Positions 41,674 through 51,444 are shown, numbered from the stretch's first letter. The stretch is DNA of 64,000 bases from an uncultured Trueperaceae bacterium (GCA_963727505.1 CAVSGP010000009.1:32001-96000); one strand, 5' to 3'. Numbers and translations are program-made. The notes: a model not told the origin generated them from the letters alone.

Positions 41674-42833
41674 TTCGTTCCCTTCCCGTTCCCTCCTGCG
41701 TTCGAAGGCGAGCTCCGTGGCGTGGGCGCGGCGCCGGTGTCTCGTTCGGAGAGGGGAGACGGCGCATCGGTCGTTGCGCGCGGTTCCGGGAACCAGCGTC
41801 GTTGGAGTCGGAACGCGACGTTCACGAGCGCGATCATGACGGGAACCTCGATGAGGGGGCCGATCACGGTGGTGAAGGCTACGGCCGAGCCGATGCCGAA
41901 CACGGCGATGGCGACGGCGATGGCGAGCTCGAAGTTGTTGCTGGCGGCGGTGAAGGCGAGGGTGGTGGTGACCGCGCCGTTGGCGCCGAACCGCCGACCC
42001 ATCCAGAAGCTGAGCAGGAACATGATCACGAAGTAGAGGGCGAGCGGAGCAGCGATGCGAAGCACGTCGAAGGGGATGGTGAGGATGAGGCCGCCCTTGA
42101 GGCTGAACATGACCACGATGGTGAACAGGAGCGCGATCATGGTGATGGGGGCGATCATGGGAACGAAGCGCTCCTCGTACCAGCTGCGTCCCTTGGCGGG
42201 GATGAGCACGACGCGGCTGAGCACGCCCGCCGCGAAGGGCACGCCCAGGTACAGTAGGACGGCGCGTGCCACCTCTCCCATGGGGACGGCGATGATGTGC
42301 GCCTGCAGGCCGAGCCAGGCGGGGAGCAGGGTCGCGAAGAGGTAGGCGTAGGCGCCGTAGAACAGGACCTGGAAGACACTGTTGAGGGCCACCAGGCCGG
42401 CGGCGTACTCGCGGTCGCCGGCGGCGAGGTCGTTCCAGACGATGACCATGGCGATGCAGCGGGCGAGCCCGATGAGGATGAGGCCGACCATGTACTCGGG
42501 TCGGTCGCGGAGGAAGAGCAGGGCCAGCGCGAACATCAGCACGGGCCCCACGATCCAGTTCTGCACCAGCGACAGCGCCAGCACGCGGAGGTTGCCGAAG
42601 ACGGCGGGCAGGCGCTCGTAGCGGACCTTCGCCAGCGGCGGGTACATCATGAGGATGAGCCCGATGGCGATGGGCACGTTGGTGGCGCCCACCTGGACGC
42701 GTTGCAGGGCGCTCTCGATACCGGGAACGAGCGCGCCCAGCGCGATGCCGGCGGCCATGGCCGCGAAGACCCAGAGGGTGAGGAAGCGGTCGCGCGCCGA
42801 GAGCCGCGAGGGGACGGCGTTCCGACGGCTCAT
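41670..42833 (-). CDS. acr3: ACR3 family arsenite efflux transporter
   Basis: [40 protein letters not shown] and GPLIEVPV. Confidence 0.95.
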   Translation of the reverse strand: MSRRNAVPSRLSARDRFLTLWVFAAMAAGIALGALVPGIESALQRVQVGATNVPIAIGLILMMYPPLAKVRYERLPAVFGNLRVLALSLVQNWIVGPVLMFALALLFLRDRPEYMVGLILIGLARCIAMVIVWNDLAAGDREYAAGLVALNSVFQVLFYGAYAYLFATLLPAWLGLQAHIIAVPMGEVARAVLLYLGVPFAAGVLSRVVLIPAKGRSWYEERFVPMIAPITMIALLFTIVVMFSLKGGLILTIPFDVLRIAAPLALYFVIMFLLSFWMGRRFGANGAVTTTLAFTAASNNFELAIAVAIAVFGIGSAVAFTTVIGPLIEVPVMIALVNVAFRLQRRWFPEPRATTDAPSPLSERDTGAAPTPRSSPSNAGGNGKGTK

Positions 42834-42932
42834 GGACGCGTCCATCGTTCCGGTCTCGGGCGCGCGGCGCAACCGTCGTCGGCTGCCGTGCACCGCTGCG
42901 AGGGGTTCACCGGGCCGGGCGGGTCGTGGCCG

Positions 42933-43169
42933 TCACGGTCGGATCAGGATGCCTTCGAGTTGCTGTGGGGAGGGGACGCGGCCGGCCAGGACGACCTTCT
43001 CGTCGATGACGAGGGCGGGCGTGGAGCTGACGCCGTAGGCGAGGATGTCGGCGTAGTCGGTGACCTTCTCGACGTCCGCCTGGATGCCCCTGGCATCGAG
43101 GACGAGGCGGACGTTGGCTTCGAGGCGCTTGCAGTTGGGGCAACCGGATCCGAGGACTTTGATGGTCAT
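42933..43169 (-). CDS. Small redox-active disulfide protein (thioredoxin-like)
   Basis: IKVLGSGCPNC and TPALVID...GRVP. Confidence 0.88.
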   Translation of the reverse strand: MTIKVLGSGCPNCKRLEANVRLVLDARGIQADVEKVTDYADILAYGVSSTPALVIDEKVVLAGRVPSPQQLEGILIRP

Positions 43170-43217
43170 GCTGTGAGCCTCCTGCTCGTGGGATGGGCGG
43201 CGGCATGCCGCCGAAGG

Positions 43218-44261
43218 TCAGAGGATGGCGTTGAAGAGGAAGCCGGTGGCGAGGATCCCCGTACCTACCACGGCCACGTAGACGGCGATGAGCCGGGGCT
43301 TGAGCACGCGCCGCAGGATGATCATCTCGGGAAGCGACAGAGCGACGACCGCCATCATGAACGCGAGGGTGGTACCCATGGCGAGCCCCTTCGCGTGGAG
43401 CGCTTCGACCAGCGGCAGGATGCCAGCGGCGTTGGAGTACAACGGGATGCCCAGCAGGACTGCCACGGGTACGGCGAGGGGCTGGCCGGGGCCGGCGTAG
43501 TGGAGGAAGAAGCTCTGTGGCACCCAGCCGTGGATGGCGGCGCCCAACCCGATGCCGACCAGCAGGTAGGGCCAGATCTTGGCGAGGATGGTCCTCACCT
43601 CTTCGATGCCCATCTGCACGCGCTCGGGCCAGGTGAGTTGGCGGCTGGGGTCGAGGACCTGCCCCCCGAGGCGGGTCTCGAAGACGAACGGTTCGACCCA
43701 CTTCTCCAGGTGGAGCCGACCCAGGATCATGCCGGCGACGACGGCCAGGATCAGGCCGCTGGCGAGGTAGAGCGCGGCGACGGTCCAACCGAACATGCCG
43801 AAGAGCATGACGAGGGCGATCTCGTTGACCATGGGGCTGGCGATGAGGAAGGACAGCGTCACACCGAGTGGGACGCCGGCGGCGACGAAGCCGATGAAGG
43901 CGGGTACGGCGCTGCACGAGCAGAAGGGCGTCACGACGCCGAGGCCGGCGGCCAGCGCGTTGCCTGCCCCCTCTCGCCGGCCGCCCAGCAGGGCGCGCGT
44001 CCGCTCGACGCTGAAGAAGCTCCGCAGCACGGTCACGGCGAAGATGATCGCGACCAACAGCAGCACGAGCTTCACGCTGTCGAACAGGAAGAAGTGCACG
44101 GCGTCGGCGAGGCGCGTGCCTTCGGACAGGCCGAGGCCGTGGTAGACGAGCCAGTCGAAGACCGGGCCGTTGGCCGCGTAGAGCAGCGACCACGCCAGCG
44201 CGGCTCCGCCGAGAGCGAGCGGGAGCGGCAGCGGCCGGCGGTGCTCCATGCGTGCCCTCAT
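43218..44261 (-). CDS. ArsP/DUF318 family permease
   Basis: TPFCSCSAVP, FLIASPMVNE, GIPLYSN and LSLPEMIIL; ATGA overlap with arsR (alternative start 44249). Confidence 0.9.
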   Translation of the reverse strand: MRARMEHRRPLPLPLALGGAALAWSLLYAANGPVFDWLVYHGLGLSEGTRLADAVHFFLFDSVKLVLLLVAIIFAVTVLRSFFSVERTRALLGGRREGAGNALAAGLGVVTPFCSCSAVPAFIGFVAAGVPLGVTLSFLIASPMVNEIALVMLFGMFGWTVAALYLASGLILAVVAGMILGRLHLEKWVEPFVFETRLGGQVLDPSRQLTWPERVQMGIEEVRTILAKIWPYLLVGIGLGAAIHGWVPQSFFLHYAGPGQPLAVPVAVLLGIPLYSNAAGILPLVEALHAKGLAMGTTLAFMMAVVALSLPEMIILRRVLKPRLIAVYVAVVGTGILATGFLFNAIL

Positions 44262-44608
44262 CCGGATACTCCCTCGCGGGCGCAGGCGTCGGCACAGTCG
44301 GCCATCGTCAGGCCGAAGGCTGCGGGGTCGGGCGGGAGGGAGCCCTGCAGGCGCCGCAGTGCCGCCGGCACCAGGCAGTAGTCGATCCAGCGGCCACGTC
44401 GCGAGCCTTCGATCAGTCCCGCCTCGCGGAGCACCTTGAGGTGGTGCGAGAGCAGGTTGGGCGCGATGTCGATGACCTCCTGGATCTCGCACACGCAGTG
44501 GCTGCCATCGGTGAGGGTGGCGAGGATCCGCAGCCGGGTGGGGTCCCCGAGCGCCTTGAAGCCGAGGGCGAGCCCCTCTGCTAGTTCAAGGGATGTTGAA
44601 TCAATCAT
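44258..44608 (-). CDS. arsR: ArsR/SmtB family repressor
   Basis: FKALGDPTRLRIL, CVCEI, LSHHLKVLREAGL; extra C-terminal CADAC. Confidence 0.92.
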   Translation of the reverse strand: MIDSTSLELAEGLALGFKALGDPTRLRILATLTDGSHCVCEIQEVIDIAPNLLSHHLKVLREAGLIEGSRRGRWIDYCLVPAALRRLQGSLPPDPAAFGLTMADCADACAREGVSG

Positions 44609-44644
44609 GCTTGAAGTATAGCGCTCGGGGCTCCCGGGGTGCAA
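44585..44644 (-). promoter_or_regulatory. Leaderless ars promoter with two tandem TCAA-N6-TTGA operator palindromes
   Basis: TTGCAC (44644-39), 18-bp spacer, TATACT (44620-15), 6 nt to ATG; TTCAA-GGGATG-TTGAA at 44585-44600 and TCAA-TCATGC-TTGA at 44601-44614. Confidence 0.72.
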
Positions 44645-44647
44645 GCT

Positions 44648-45253
44648 TCAGATGCGGTCGCGGTAGCGGTCGATGAGGTCGTCGAGCGCCTCGCGCAAAA
44701 GGCTCGCTTCCGTGCGGCCCTCGGCCGCGGAGAGCTTCGCGAGCCGGCCCAGGCTGGCCTTGCTGTAGTAGTTGCTCTTGAGCACCATCCGCTCCTCGAC
44801 GTGGATGGCGACGCGGCCGCGTCCGTCGCGCTTGGCGCGCAGCAGCGCCGTGTCAGCGGCGCGCACGAGGTCGGCGCGGTCGTCGACGTGGGCAGGATGG
44901 GTGGCCAATCCGACGGAGAGGCTGATCGCGGCGGGGGTCTCGTCGGGACGTGGCTGGGCCAGGTGGGCGCGCACCTCGTCCATGAGGATGAGCGCGCTCT
45001 CAGCGGTGTGATCGGGGAAGATCGCGGCGTACTCGTCGCCGCCGATGCGGGCGACCGATGTCTCGGCGGGGAGGCTCCCCAGCAGGGCGCGCTCCACGCG
45101 GCGCAGGACGGTGTCGCCGGTCGCGGTGCCGTGGCTCTGGTTGATGGCGGCGAAGTGGTCGAGGTCTACCAGGGCCAGGGTGACGGGACCCGAGGTCGGG
45201 GCGTTGGCGAGGGCCTCTTCGAAGCCGGGGCGGTCGAGGAGTTGGGTTGGCAT
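44648..45253 (-). CDS. GGDEF-domain protein with C-terminal ribbon-helix-helix-like domain
   Basis: DLDHFAAINQSHG..GD.VL, ARIGGDEY, ADTAL.RAKRDGR, then LKSNYY...RLAKLS...RTEASLLREALDDLIDRY. Confidence 0.85.
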   Translation of the reverse strand: MPTQLLDRPGFEEALANAPTSGPVTLALVDLDHFAAINQSHGTATGDTVLRRVERALLGSLPAETSVARIGGDEYAAIFPDHTAESALILMDEVRAHLAQPRPDETPAAISLSVGLATHPAHVDDRADLVRAADTALLRAKRDGRGRVAIHVEERMVLKSNYYSKASLGRLAKLSAAEGRTEASLLREALDDLIDRYRDRI

Positions 45254-45285
45254 GAGGTTCCCCCTTCAAGATGTACTACTCTCTA

Positions 45286-45314
45286 CGTATATAGGTTGAA
45301 AGTATCGTTGTCAA
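45286..45314 (-). promoter_or_regulatory. Sigma70-type promoter of the GGDEF-RHH gene
   Basis: TTGACA (45314-09), 17-bp spacer, TATACG (45291-86) within a locally AT-rich patch. Confidence 0.62.
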
Positions 45315-45451
45315 GCATGCGTGCACGCTGCTTCGCCGCCTGCGGGCGCCGGGAAGGGCGAACATGGGGGATGTCGTCGTGAAGGAGAACACCGGGCCGG
45401 ATCCACGCTCCCAGGAGGACATCGTCGCTCGCGGGGCCGCGGCCGCCGTCC

Positions 45452-45700
45452 TCAGGCGAAGATCTCCTCGAAGAGCAGGCCCAGCCCCAGCGCGTCGAAC
45501 GGATAGGTGCGGCCTTCTTCTCCGGCACGCCGTTCCCAGCGCGCGGCGTCGTGCGACCTTCGCAGATAGGCCACCACCCGGACCTGCCGGTCGTCGAGGG
45601 GCTCGAGCGTCACCCGGACGGTGACACCCGATGCGAGCCGTCGCTCCACCGTTCGGCTCGGGTCGAACAGGCTGGGCTGGGCCCCGACGACGTGAACCAC
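45452..45700 (-). CDS. Small hypothetical protein (82 aa)
   Basis: Plausible composition; TAGACT -10 box 6 nt upstream of GTG (leaderless pattern). Confidence 0.58.
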   Translation of the reverse strand: MVHVVGAQPSLFDPSRTVERRLASGVTVRVTLEPLDDRQVRVVAYLRRSHDAARWERRAGEEGRTYPFDALGLGLLFEEIFA

Positions 45701-45870
45701 GTGTCGAGTCTATCGCGCCGGCCCGCGACGCGGCGGCAGCCGTCCTCGAGGGCGGTTGTCCCTTGTCGGCATGCCTCAGGCCGTGCATCGTGCGGCGATG
45801 GCACCGGAGGCGTTCGCGTGCCCTGCAGCCGGGCCGGGAGGGTCGGCAGCGTGTTCGGAAGGGAGCCGGC

Positions 45871-46305
45871 ATGAGGGCGAACCTGCACTTGGGGTGGCCG
45901 AGGGGCGCACTCGAGGGCGCCACGCGGGATCGTGTACGGAGGTGGCTGCGCTGGGTGGCGGCCGCCCTGTCGCTGGCCAACGCCGCGGTGTACGGCCTGA
46001 TCGGGGCTGGCGCGGTGCGCGTGGTGGAGGGCGCGCCGGGGGAAGGACCGCCGCTCGTCGTGTTCGGCGTGCTGGCGGGCGGTGCCTTCCTGCTCGGCGC
46101 GGTGCTACTGATGAGCTTCGACCGCCGGGTGCTGTGGGTGATCGGTGCCGCCTTCCAGGCGTTCGCGATCGCCGCTTACTTCAACGTGGCGCCGCAACGC
46201 GTGCCCCCCTACGAGGTCTGGGGCCTGTCACTGAAGGCGGCCCAGTTGGTGTTGCTCGCGCTGCTGCTGGTTCTGGGTCTCACGCGCGCGAGATCGCCGT
46301 CGTAG
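45871..46305 (+). CDS. Hypothetical membrane protein (about 4 TM)
   Basis: Four hydrophobic segments; GGGAG SD before ATG. Confidence 0.62.
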   Translation: MRANLHLGWPRGALEGATRDRVRRWLRWVAAALSLANAAVYGLIGAGAVRVVEGAPGEGPPLVVFGVLAGGAFLLGAVLLMSFDRRVLWVIGAAFQAFAIAAYFNVAPQRVPPYEVWGLSLKAAQLVLLALLLVLGLTRARSPS

Positions 46306-46551
46306 CGGCGTTCGGTCGACGCGATGGAGGCCCGGAAGGGCTGGTGGTGGTGGCGGAGCTCCGCCTTGGGCAGGTCGGGTCGCTCGCGGCGGACGCGTTC
46401 CATCGCGGCGGCGTGAACGGGAAGGCGTCGCCGGCCGGCGGGAGACGGACCTCCTGGAGGAGCGCGCTCCGAGCGTAGCAGGTGCCGGTTCTCCGTTGCC
46501 TGGCGAGGCGTGCCGCTATCCTGGTGGCATCATCGGAGATCGGGGAGGTCC

Positions 46552-47133
46552 ATGACGAAGTCCAGGATGGAGGCGTTCAGCGACGGGGTCATCGCGATCG
46601 TCATCACCGTGATGGTGCTGGAGTTGAGCGTGCCGGAGGGCGCCAGCTGGCGCGCCCTCGGGGGCGTCGTGCCCTCGCTTCTGACCTACGTGCTGAGCTT
46701 CGCGTACCTCGGCATCTACTGGAACAACCACCATCACCTGCTGCAGGCCGTCGAGCGTATCGATGGGAGGGTGTTGTGGGCCAACATGCACCTGCTGTTC
46801 TGGCTGTCGCTGGTCCCGTTCGTGACCGCCTGGATGGGCGAGAACCATTTCGCGCCGGCGCCGACGACCGCCTACGGCGCGGTCCTGCTCCTGGCGGCGG
46901 CGGCGTACTACCTGTTGCAACAACGGCTCATCGCCGCCAACGGTCCCGACTCCCGCTTGCGCCGGGCGCTCGGCCCGGACCTCAAGGGCCGGCTATCGCC
47001 GGTCCTGTACGCCGCGGCCATCGTGGGCTCGCTCGCCGGGGCGCGCTGGCTGGCGGACGCCATCTACGTCCTGGTGGCGCTGATGTGGCTCGTGCCCGAT
47101 CGCCGGATCGAGAGCAGCCTGGCCGAACGATGA
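46552..47133 (+). CDS. TMEM175 family (DUF1211) potassium channel protein
   Basis: RMEAFSDGVIAIVITVMVLE signature and YWNNHHH. Confidence 0.92.
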   Translation: MTKSRMEAFSDGVIAIVITVMVLELSVPEGASWRALGGVVPSLLTYVLSFAYLGIYWNNHHHLLQAVERIDGRVLWANMHLLFWLSLVPFVTAWMGENHFAPAPTTAYGAVLLLAAAAYYLLQQRLIAANGPDSRLRRALGPDLKGRLSPVLYAAAIVGSLAGARWLADAIYVLVALMWLVPDRRIESSLAER

Positions 47134-47284
47134 GCGCGGGCGTCGAAGCCCCGCCAAGGCCGCGGTGCGGCGCGGGTCGTTCGACGTCGTTCGGGGCCTA
47201 CAATGGCGCCATGCCGTGCTCCTACGCCGGTCGGTCCCGTGGAGGGGGCCGCGGGATGCTCGCGCCTTTCGGGGTGCGCGTCTG

Positions 47285-48034
47285 ATGCGCCTCGCACTCT
47301 TCATCCCCTGCTACGTGGACACCCTGTTCCCGCAGGCAGGGCAGGCCACGGTGCGGGTGCTGGAGCGGCTGGGTCACGAGCTCCACTTCCCCGAGGAACA
47401 GACCTGCTGCGGGCAGATGCACGTCAACACCGGCTACCAGCGCGAAGCGATCCCACTGGTGCGAAACTTCGTACGCGCCTTCGGTGCCCATGACCACGTG
47501 GTGGCCCCATCGGCGAGCTGCGTCGGCGAGGTGCGTGAGATCTACCCGCGGCTGGCGCGGCTGGCGCGCGACCCCGCGTTGATCGACGCCGTCGACGCGC
47601 TGGTGCCGCGGGTGCACGAGCTCACCTCGTTCCTGGTCGAGGAGCTCGGCGTGGAGGACGTCGGCGCCTACTTCCCGCACCGCGTGACGTTCCACCCCAC
47701 CTGTCACTCGCAACGGGTGCTGCACATCGGCGACGCTCCCCAACGGCTCCTGCGACGGGTGCGCGGCATCGACCTGGTGCCGTTGGCGGACGCGACGGAA
47801 TGCTGCGGCTTCGGCGGCACCTTCTCCGTGAAGAACGCCGACACCTCGAGCGCGATGCTGGCCTCGAAGGTGGCCCGCGTTCTGGACACCGGCGCCGAGG
47901 TGTGCGCGGCGGCGGACAACTCCTGCCTCATGCACATCGGGGGAGCGCTGCACCGTCAGCGGACCGGTGTGCGGACCCTGCACGTGGCGGAGATCCTGGC
48001 CTCGACCGAGGCGCGCCCCTGGGGGCCGGCGTGA
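47285..48034 (+). CDS. lutA: Lactate utilization protein A (CCG-domain Fe-S protein)
   Basis: QTCCGQ, PSASC, HPTCHS, ECCGFGGTF and SCLMHI. Confidence 0.9.
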   Translation: MRLALFIPCYVDTLFPQAGQATVRVLERLGHELHFPEEQTCCGQMHVNTGYQREAIPLVRNFVRAFGAHDHVVAPSASCVGEVREIYPRLARLARDPALIDAVDALVPRVHELTSFLVEELGVEDVGAYFPHRVTFHPTCHSQRVLHIGDAPQRLLRRVRGIDLVPLADATECCGFGGTFSVKNADTSSAMLASKVARVLDTGAEVCAAADNSCLMHIGGALHRQRTGVRTLHVAEILASTEARPWGPA

Positions 48035-49473
48035 GCGGCGGAACGCCTCGGTCCCGGCCGTTCGCGGAGGCGGCGCGTGAGGCGTTGCAGGACACCCAGT
48101 TGCGTCGCAACCTCGGCAAGGCGACATCGGCGATCCGCGAGAAGCGCAGGCTTGCGACCGATGAGCTGCCCGACTGGGAGGAGCTCCGCGAGGCAGGCCG
48201 TGCGATCAAGGCGCAGACCCTGGCGCACCTCGATCACTACCTGATGCGGCTGGAACAGAACGTCCTCGCCCGCGGCGGCCAGGTGCACTGGGCGCGCGAC
48301 GCCGCCGAGGCCAACGCCATCGTCCAGGAGCTGGTGACAGCCACGGGCGCGCGCGAGGCCATCAAGGTCAAGTCCCTCACCACGGACGAGATCGGCCTCA
48401 ACGACGCCCTGGCGTCGATCGGCGTCCACGCCATCGAGACCGACCTCGCGGAGCTGATCGTGCAGCTCGCGCACGAACCCTCGTCGCATATCCTCGTTCC
48501 CGCCATCCACAAGAACCGGGCCGAGATCCGCGGGCTGTTCCTGCGGTCGATGGGCCTGGAGCCCGACGAGCTCTCGGACGCGCCCGCCGACCTGGCCGCT
48601 GCCGCCCGACGCTTCCTGCGCGGCAAGTTCCTCACCGCCACGGTGGGGATCAGCGGGGCGAACTTCGCGGTGGCCGAGACGGGCGCGGTGTGCGTGGTGG
48701 AGTCCGAGGGCAACGGGCGCATGTGTACCACCCTCCCGGAGACGCTGATCACCGTGATGGGCATCGAGAAGGTGGTGCCCAGCTGGCGCGCCATGGAGGT
48801 GTTCCTGCAGTCGCTGCCGCGATCCAGCACCGCCGAGCGCATGAACCCCTACACCTCCTTCTGGACGGGCGTGCGATCCGGTGACGGCCCGCAGGCGTTC
48901 CACCTGGTGCTGCTGGACAACGGACGCAGCGACGTGCTGGCGTCGGAGGACCGGCGCCAGACCCTCCAGTGCATCCGCTGCAGCGCCTGCCTCAACATCT
49001 GCCCGGTCTACGCGCGGGTCGGGGGGCACGCCTACGGCTCGCACTACCCGGGGCCGATCGGCTCCATCCTCTCGCCCCAGCTCGTCGACACGCCCGAAGC
49101 CGACACGCTGCCCTTCGCCTCGACCCTGTGCGGCGCCTGCTACGAGGTCTGCCCGGTCAAGATCGACATCCCCAGCGTTCTGCTCGACCTGCGATTCCGT
49201 GCCGTGGAGCGCGGACGTGTGCGCCGCGGCCGGTTGGCCGCGCTCGACACCGAGGACGGTGCCATGCGGCTGGCGGCCGGCGTCTTCGCAGAGCCGCACC
49301 GCTATCGCTGGATGCAGCGCTGGGCCCGGCTCGTCCAGCGCCCCTTCGTCAAGGACGGCTACGTCGAACGACTCCCGGGCTACCTGGGCGGTTGGACCCG
49401 GACTCGCGACCTGCGGGCGGTGGCGCGCAGGACCTTCCGGGAGTGGTGGCGCGACCGGGAGGACGACGCGTGA
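48031..49473 (+). CDS. lutB: Lactate utilization protein B (LutB/LldF)
   Basis: ETDLAE, PSSHILVPAIH, ESEGNGRM, CIRCSACLNICPVY, YPGPIG and STLCGACYEVCPV. Confidence 0.92.
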   Translation: MSGGTPRSRPFAEAAREALQDTQLRRNLGKATSAIREKRRLATDELPDWEELREAGRAIKAQTLAHLDHYLMRLEQNVLARGGQVHWARDAAEANAIVQELVTATGAREAIKVKSLTTDEIGLNDALASIGVHAIETDLAELIVQLAHEPSSHILVPAIHKNRAEIRGLFLRSMGLEPDELSDAPADLAAAARRFLRGKFLTATVGISGANFAVAETGAVCVVESEGNGRMCTTLPETLITVMGIEKVVPSWRAMEVFLQSLPRSSTAERMNPYTSFWTGVRSGDGPQAFHLVLLDNGRSDVLASEDRRQTLQCIRCSACLNICPVYARVGGHAYGSHYPGPIGSILSPQLVDTPEADTLPFASTLCGACYEVCPVKIDIPSVLLDLRFRAVERGRVRRGRLAALDTEDGAMRLAAGVFAEPHRYRWMQRWARLVQRPFVKDGYVERLPGYLGGWTRTRDLRAVARRTFREWWRDREDDA

Positions 49474-50141
49474 GCAGCCGGGACGTCGTGCTGCGTCGCG
49501 TGCGCGCGGCGCTGGGCCGGAACGGAGCGGCGGACGAGGAGGAGGTCGCGAGCCAGGAGGCGGCCGTGGACGACGCGGCCGGCTACCGGCGCCGCGGCGA
49601 GCTCGGGCCCAAGGCCCTGGTCGATCTCTTCGCCGAGCGTGCTGGCGAGTACCGGGTCGAGGTCCGCCGGGTCGCGTCCGCCGGCTTGGCCGAGGCCATC
49701 GCGGCCGAGCTGGACGCCTGCGGGGTGCGCTCGGCCGCGGCGCCTGCCGACCTTCCCGAAGCGTGGCGGGTCCCGAACGTGCGCTGGGTGACCGACGGGC
49801 TCGACGGTGTCCGGCTCGATGTCGGCACGATCGATGGCTGTGACGCTGTGGTCACCGGCTGCGCCCTGGCGATCGCCGAGACGGGGACGATCCTGTTCGA
49901 CGGTGGCGCCCGGCAGGGGCGGCGCCTGCTCACGCTGCTCCCCGACGTCCACGTGTGCGTGCTGGCGCGCGAGCAGATCGTGCAGACCGTCGCGGAGGCG
50001 GTGGCCGCAAGCAGCGAGGCGGCCCGCAAGGGCGCGCCGATCACGCTGGTCTCGGGCCCCTCCGCGACCTCCGACATCGAGCTCGAGCGCGTCGAGGGCG
50101 TGCACGGGCCGCGCACGCTGATCGTGCTGCTGGTGGCCTAG
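49470..50141 (+). CDS. lutC: Lactate utilization protein C (LUD domain)
   Basis: AIAETGT, LTLLPDVH and SGPSATSDIE..RVEGVHGP. Confidence 0.9.
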   Translation: MSSRDVVLRRVRAALGRNGAADEEEVASQEAAVDDAAGYRRRGELGPKALVDLFAERAGEYRVEVRRVASAGLAEAIAAELDACGVRSAAAPADLPEAWRVPNVRWVTDGLDGVRLDVGTIDGCDAVVTGCALAIAETGTILFDGGARQGRRLLTLLPDVHVCVLAREQIVQTVAEAVAASSEAARKGAPITLVSGPSATSDIELERVEGVHGPRTLIVLLVA

Positions 50142-51394
50142 CCCCTTCTGTCGACGCCGATCGGCCCGGTTTGCGAGGCCCGTCCGATGCCCAGCACCAG
50201 CGCGAGCAGAAGAACCGAGACGAGCATCCCGACCAGCCCCATGCCGCGGTAGCCGGCGACCGCGAACAGCAGCCCGCCGGCCAGACTGGCCACGGCCGCC
50301 ATGCCGCTCATCAGCAGGTCGTTGACGCCCTGCATACGGCCCTTCTCGGCGGGCGCCAGGCGGTCGGCGAGGAGGGCCGAGCCGGCCACGAAGCACAGGT
50401 TCCATCCCAGCCCCAGGAGGAAGAGCGCGAGCACCAGCGACGGGACGTGGTCGGAGATCGGGGCGAGGCCGCAAGCGACGGCCAGCGTGGCTGCCCCGGC
50501 GGTCACCGTCGCGTGCCGTCCGAAGCGGTCGGCCAGCCAGCCGCTGGCGACCGACGGTGCGTACATGCCGAAGCTGTGGACGCTGAACACGAGGGAGATG
50601 CCGCCCAGGCCGATCCCAGCCAGCTCCATGTGGAGGGACGTGAGGCCCATCATCATCACCATCACGGCATGCGCCACGATGACGGACGCCATCGCGACGA
50701 TGATGCCCGGGTCGCGCAGTATCGATCGCCAGGGGCGCGCTGGGCCCGTGCCGCCGGGATGCGGGTGGTCGCGCTCGATCCTCTCACCCAGCGTCTTGGG
50801 GTCGGGTCGCAGGAAGACCAGCAACGCGAGGGCGGCGAGCGCGTACAGGAACAGAGTGACGGCGTAGGGCCCGGCCAGGGAGGACCCCGTCAGGGCGTGG
50901 CTGATCGTGCCGGTCGGCGCCACCAGCGACGGCCCCAGCACCGCCCCAACGGTTCCCCCCAGCACGACCCACGCCACGGCGCGGCCACGCCGTGCGGGCG
51001 GGTGCGCCTCGGCTGCGGCGAAGCGCCCCAGGCGCACGGCCGCCGAACCGGAGCCCATGGCGACGATGGCCACGACAAGGAGCGGGAAGCTGTGCACGAT
51101 CACGGCCAGGGTGGCGCCGCCGGCGCCGATCGCCCCCGCCAGCAGGCCCAACGCGAGCCCGTTCCGGCGCCCCAGGCGGTCGCTCGCTACCGACCAGATG
51201 AGCGCCGACACGGCCGCCCCGAGTTGGAAGACGCCGGCCGGGACCCCGGCCAGCGACGTGCGGCCGCTGATCTGTGCGCCCGCGATGGAGGCGACCGTCG
51301 CCGTCGCGAGGACACCCGCCGAACCCAGTGCCTGGGTGGCGAACAGCGCCCAGGTGATGCGCGTCCTGGCGCGCGCGTCGGTTGGGAGGGCCAT
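50138..51394 (-). CDS. MFS transporter
   Basis: SDRLGRR and GWLADRFGR motif-A repeats, about 12 TM segments, LGLGWN. Confidence 0.9.
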   Translation of the reverse strand: MALPTDARARTRITWALFATQALGSAGVLATATVASIAGAQISGRTSLAGVPAGVFQLGAAVSALIWSVASDRLGRRNGLALGLLAGAIGAGGATLAVIVHSFPLLVVAIVAMGSGSAAVRLGRFAAAEAHPPARRGRAVAWVVLGGTVGAVLGPSLVAPTGTISHALTGSSLAGPYAVTLFLYALAALALLVFLRPDPKTLGERIERDHPHPGGTGPARPWRSILRDPGIIVAMASVIVAHAVMVMMMGLTSLHMELAGIGLGGISLVFSVHSFGMYAPSVASGWLADRFGRHATVTAGAATLAVACGLAPISDHVPSLVLALFLLGLGWNLCFVAGSALLADRLAPAEKGRMQGVNDLLMSGMAAVASLAGGLLFAVAGYRGMGLVGMLVSVLLLALVLGIGRASQTGPIGVDRRG

Positions 51395-51444
51395 GACGAT
51401 CCAGCCTACCCGAGCCCGGCGCTCGGCGCGCGATCGCCGGGGTG

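Noticed and set aside
11225..44381. Long antisense ORFs (11225..13198, 14846..17641, 25920..28121, 32255..33871, 33881..35857, 42297..44381)
   Set aside because: Each mirrors a well-supported gene on the other strand, as expected at high GC; no recognisable motifs.
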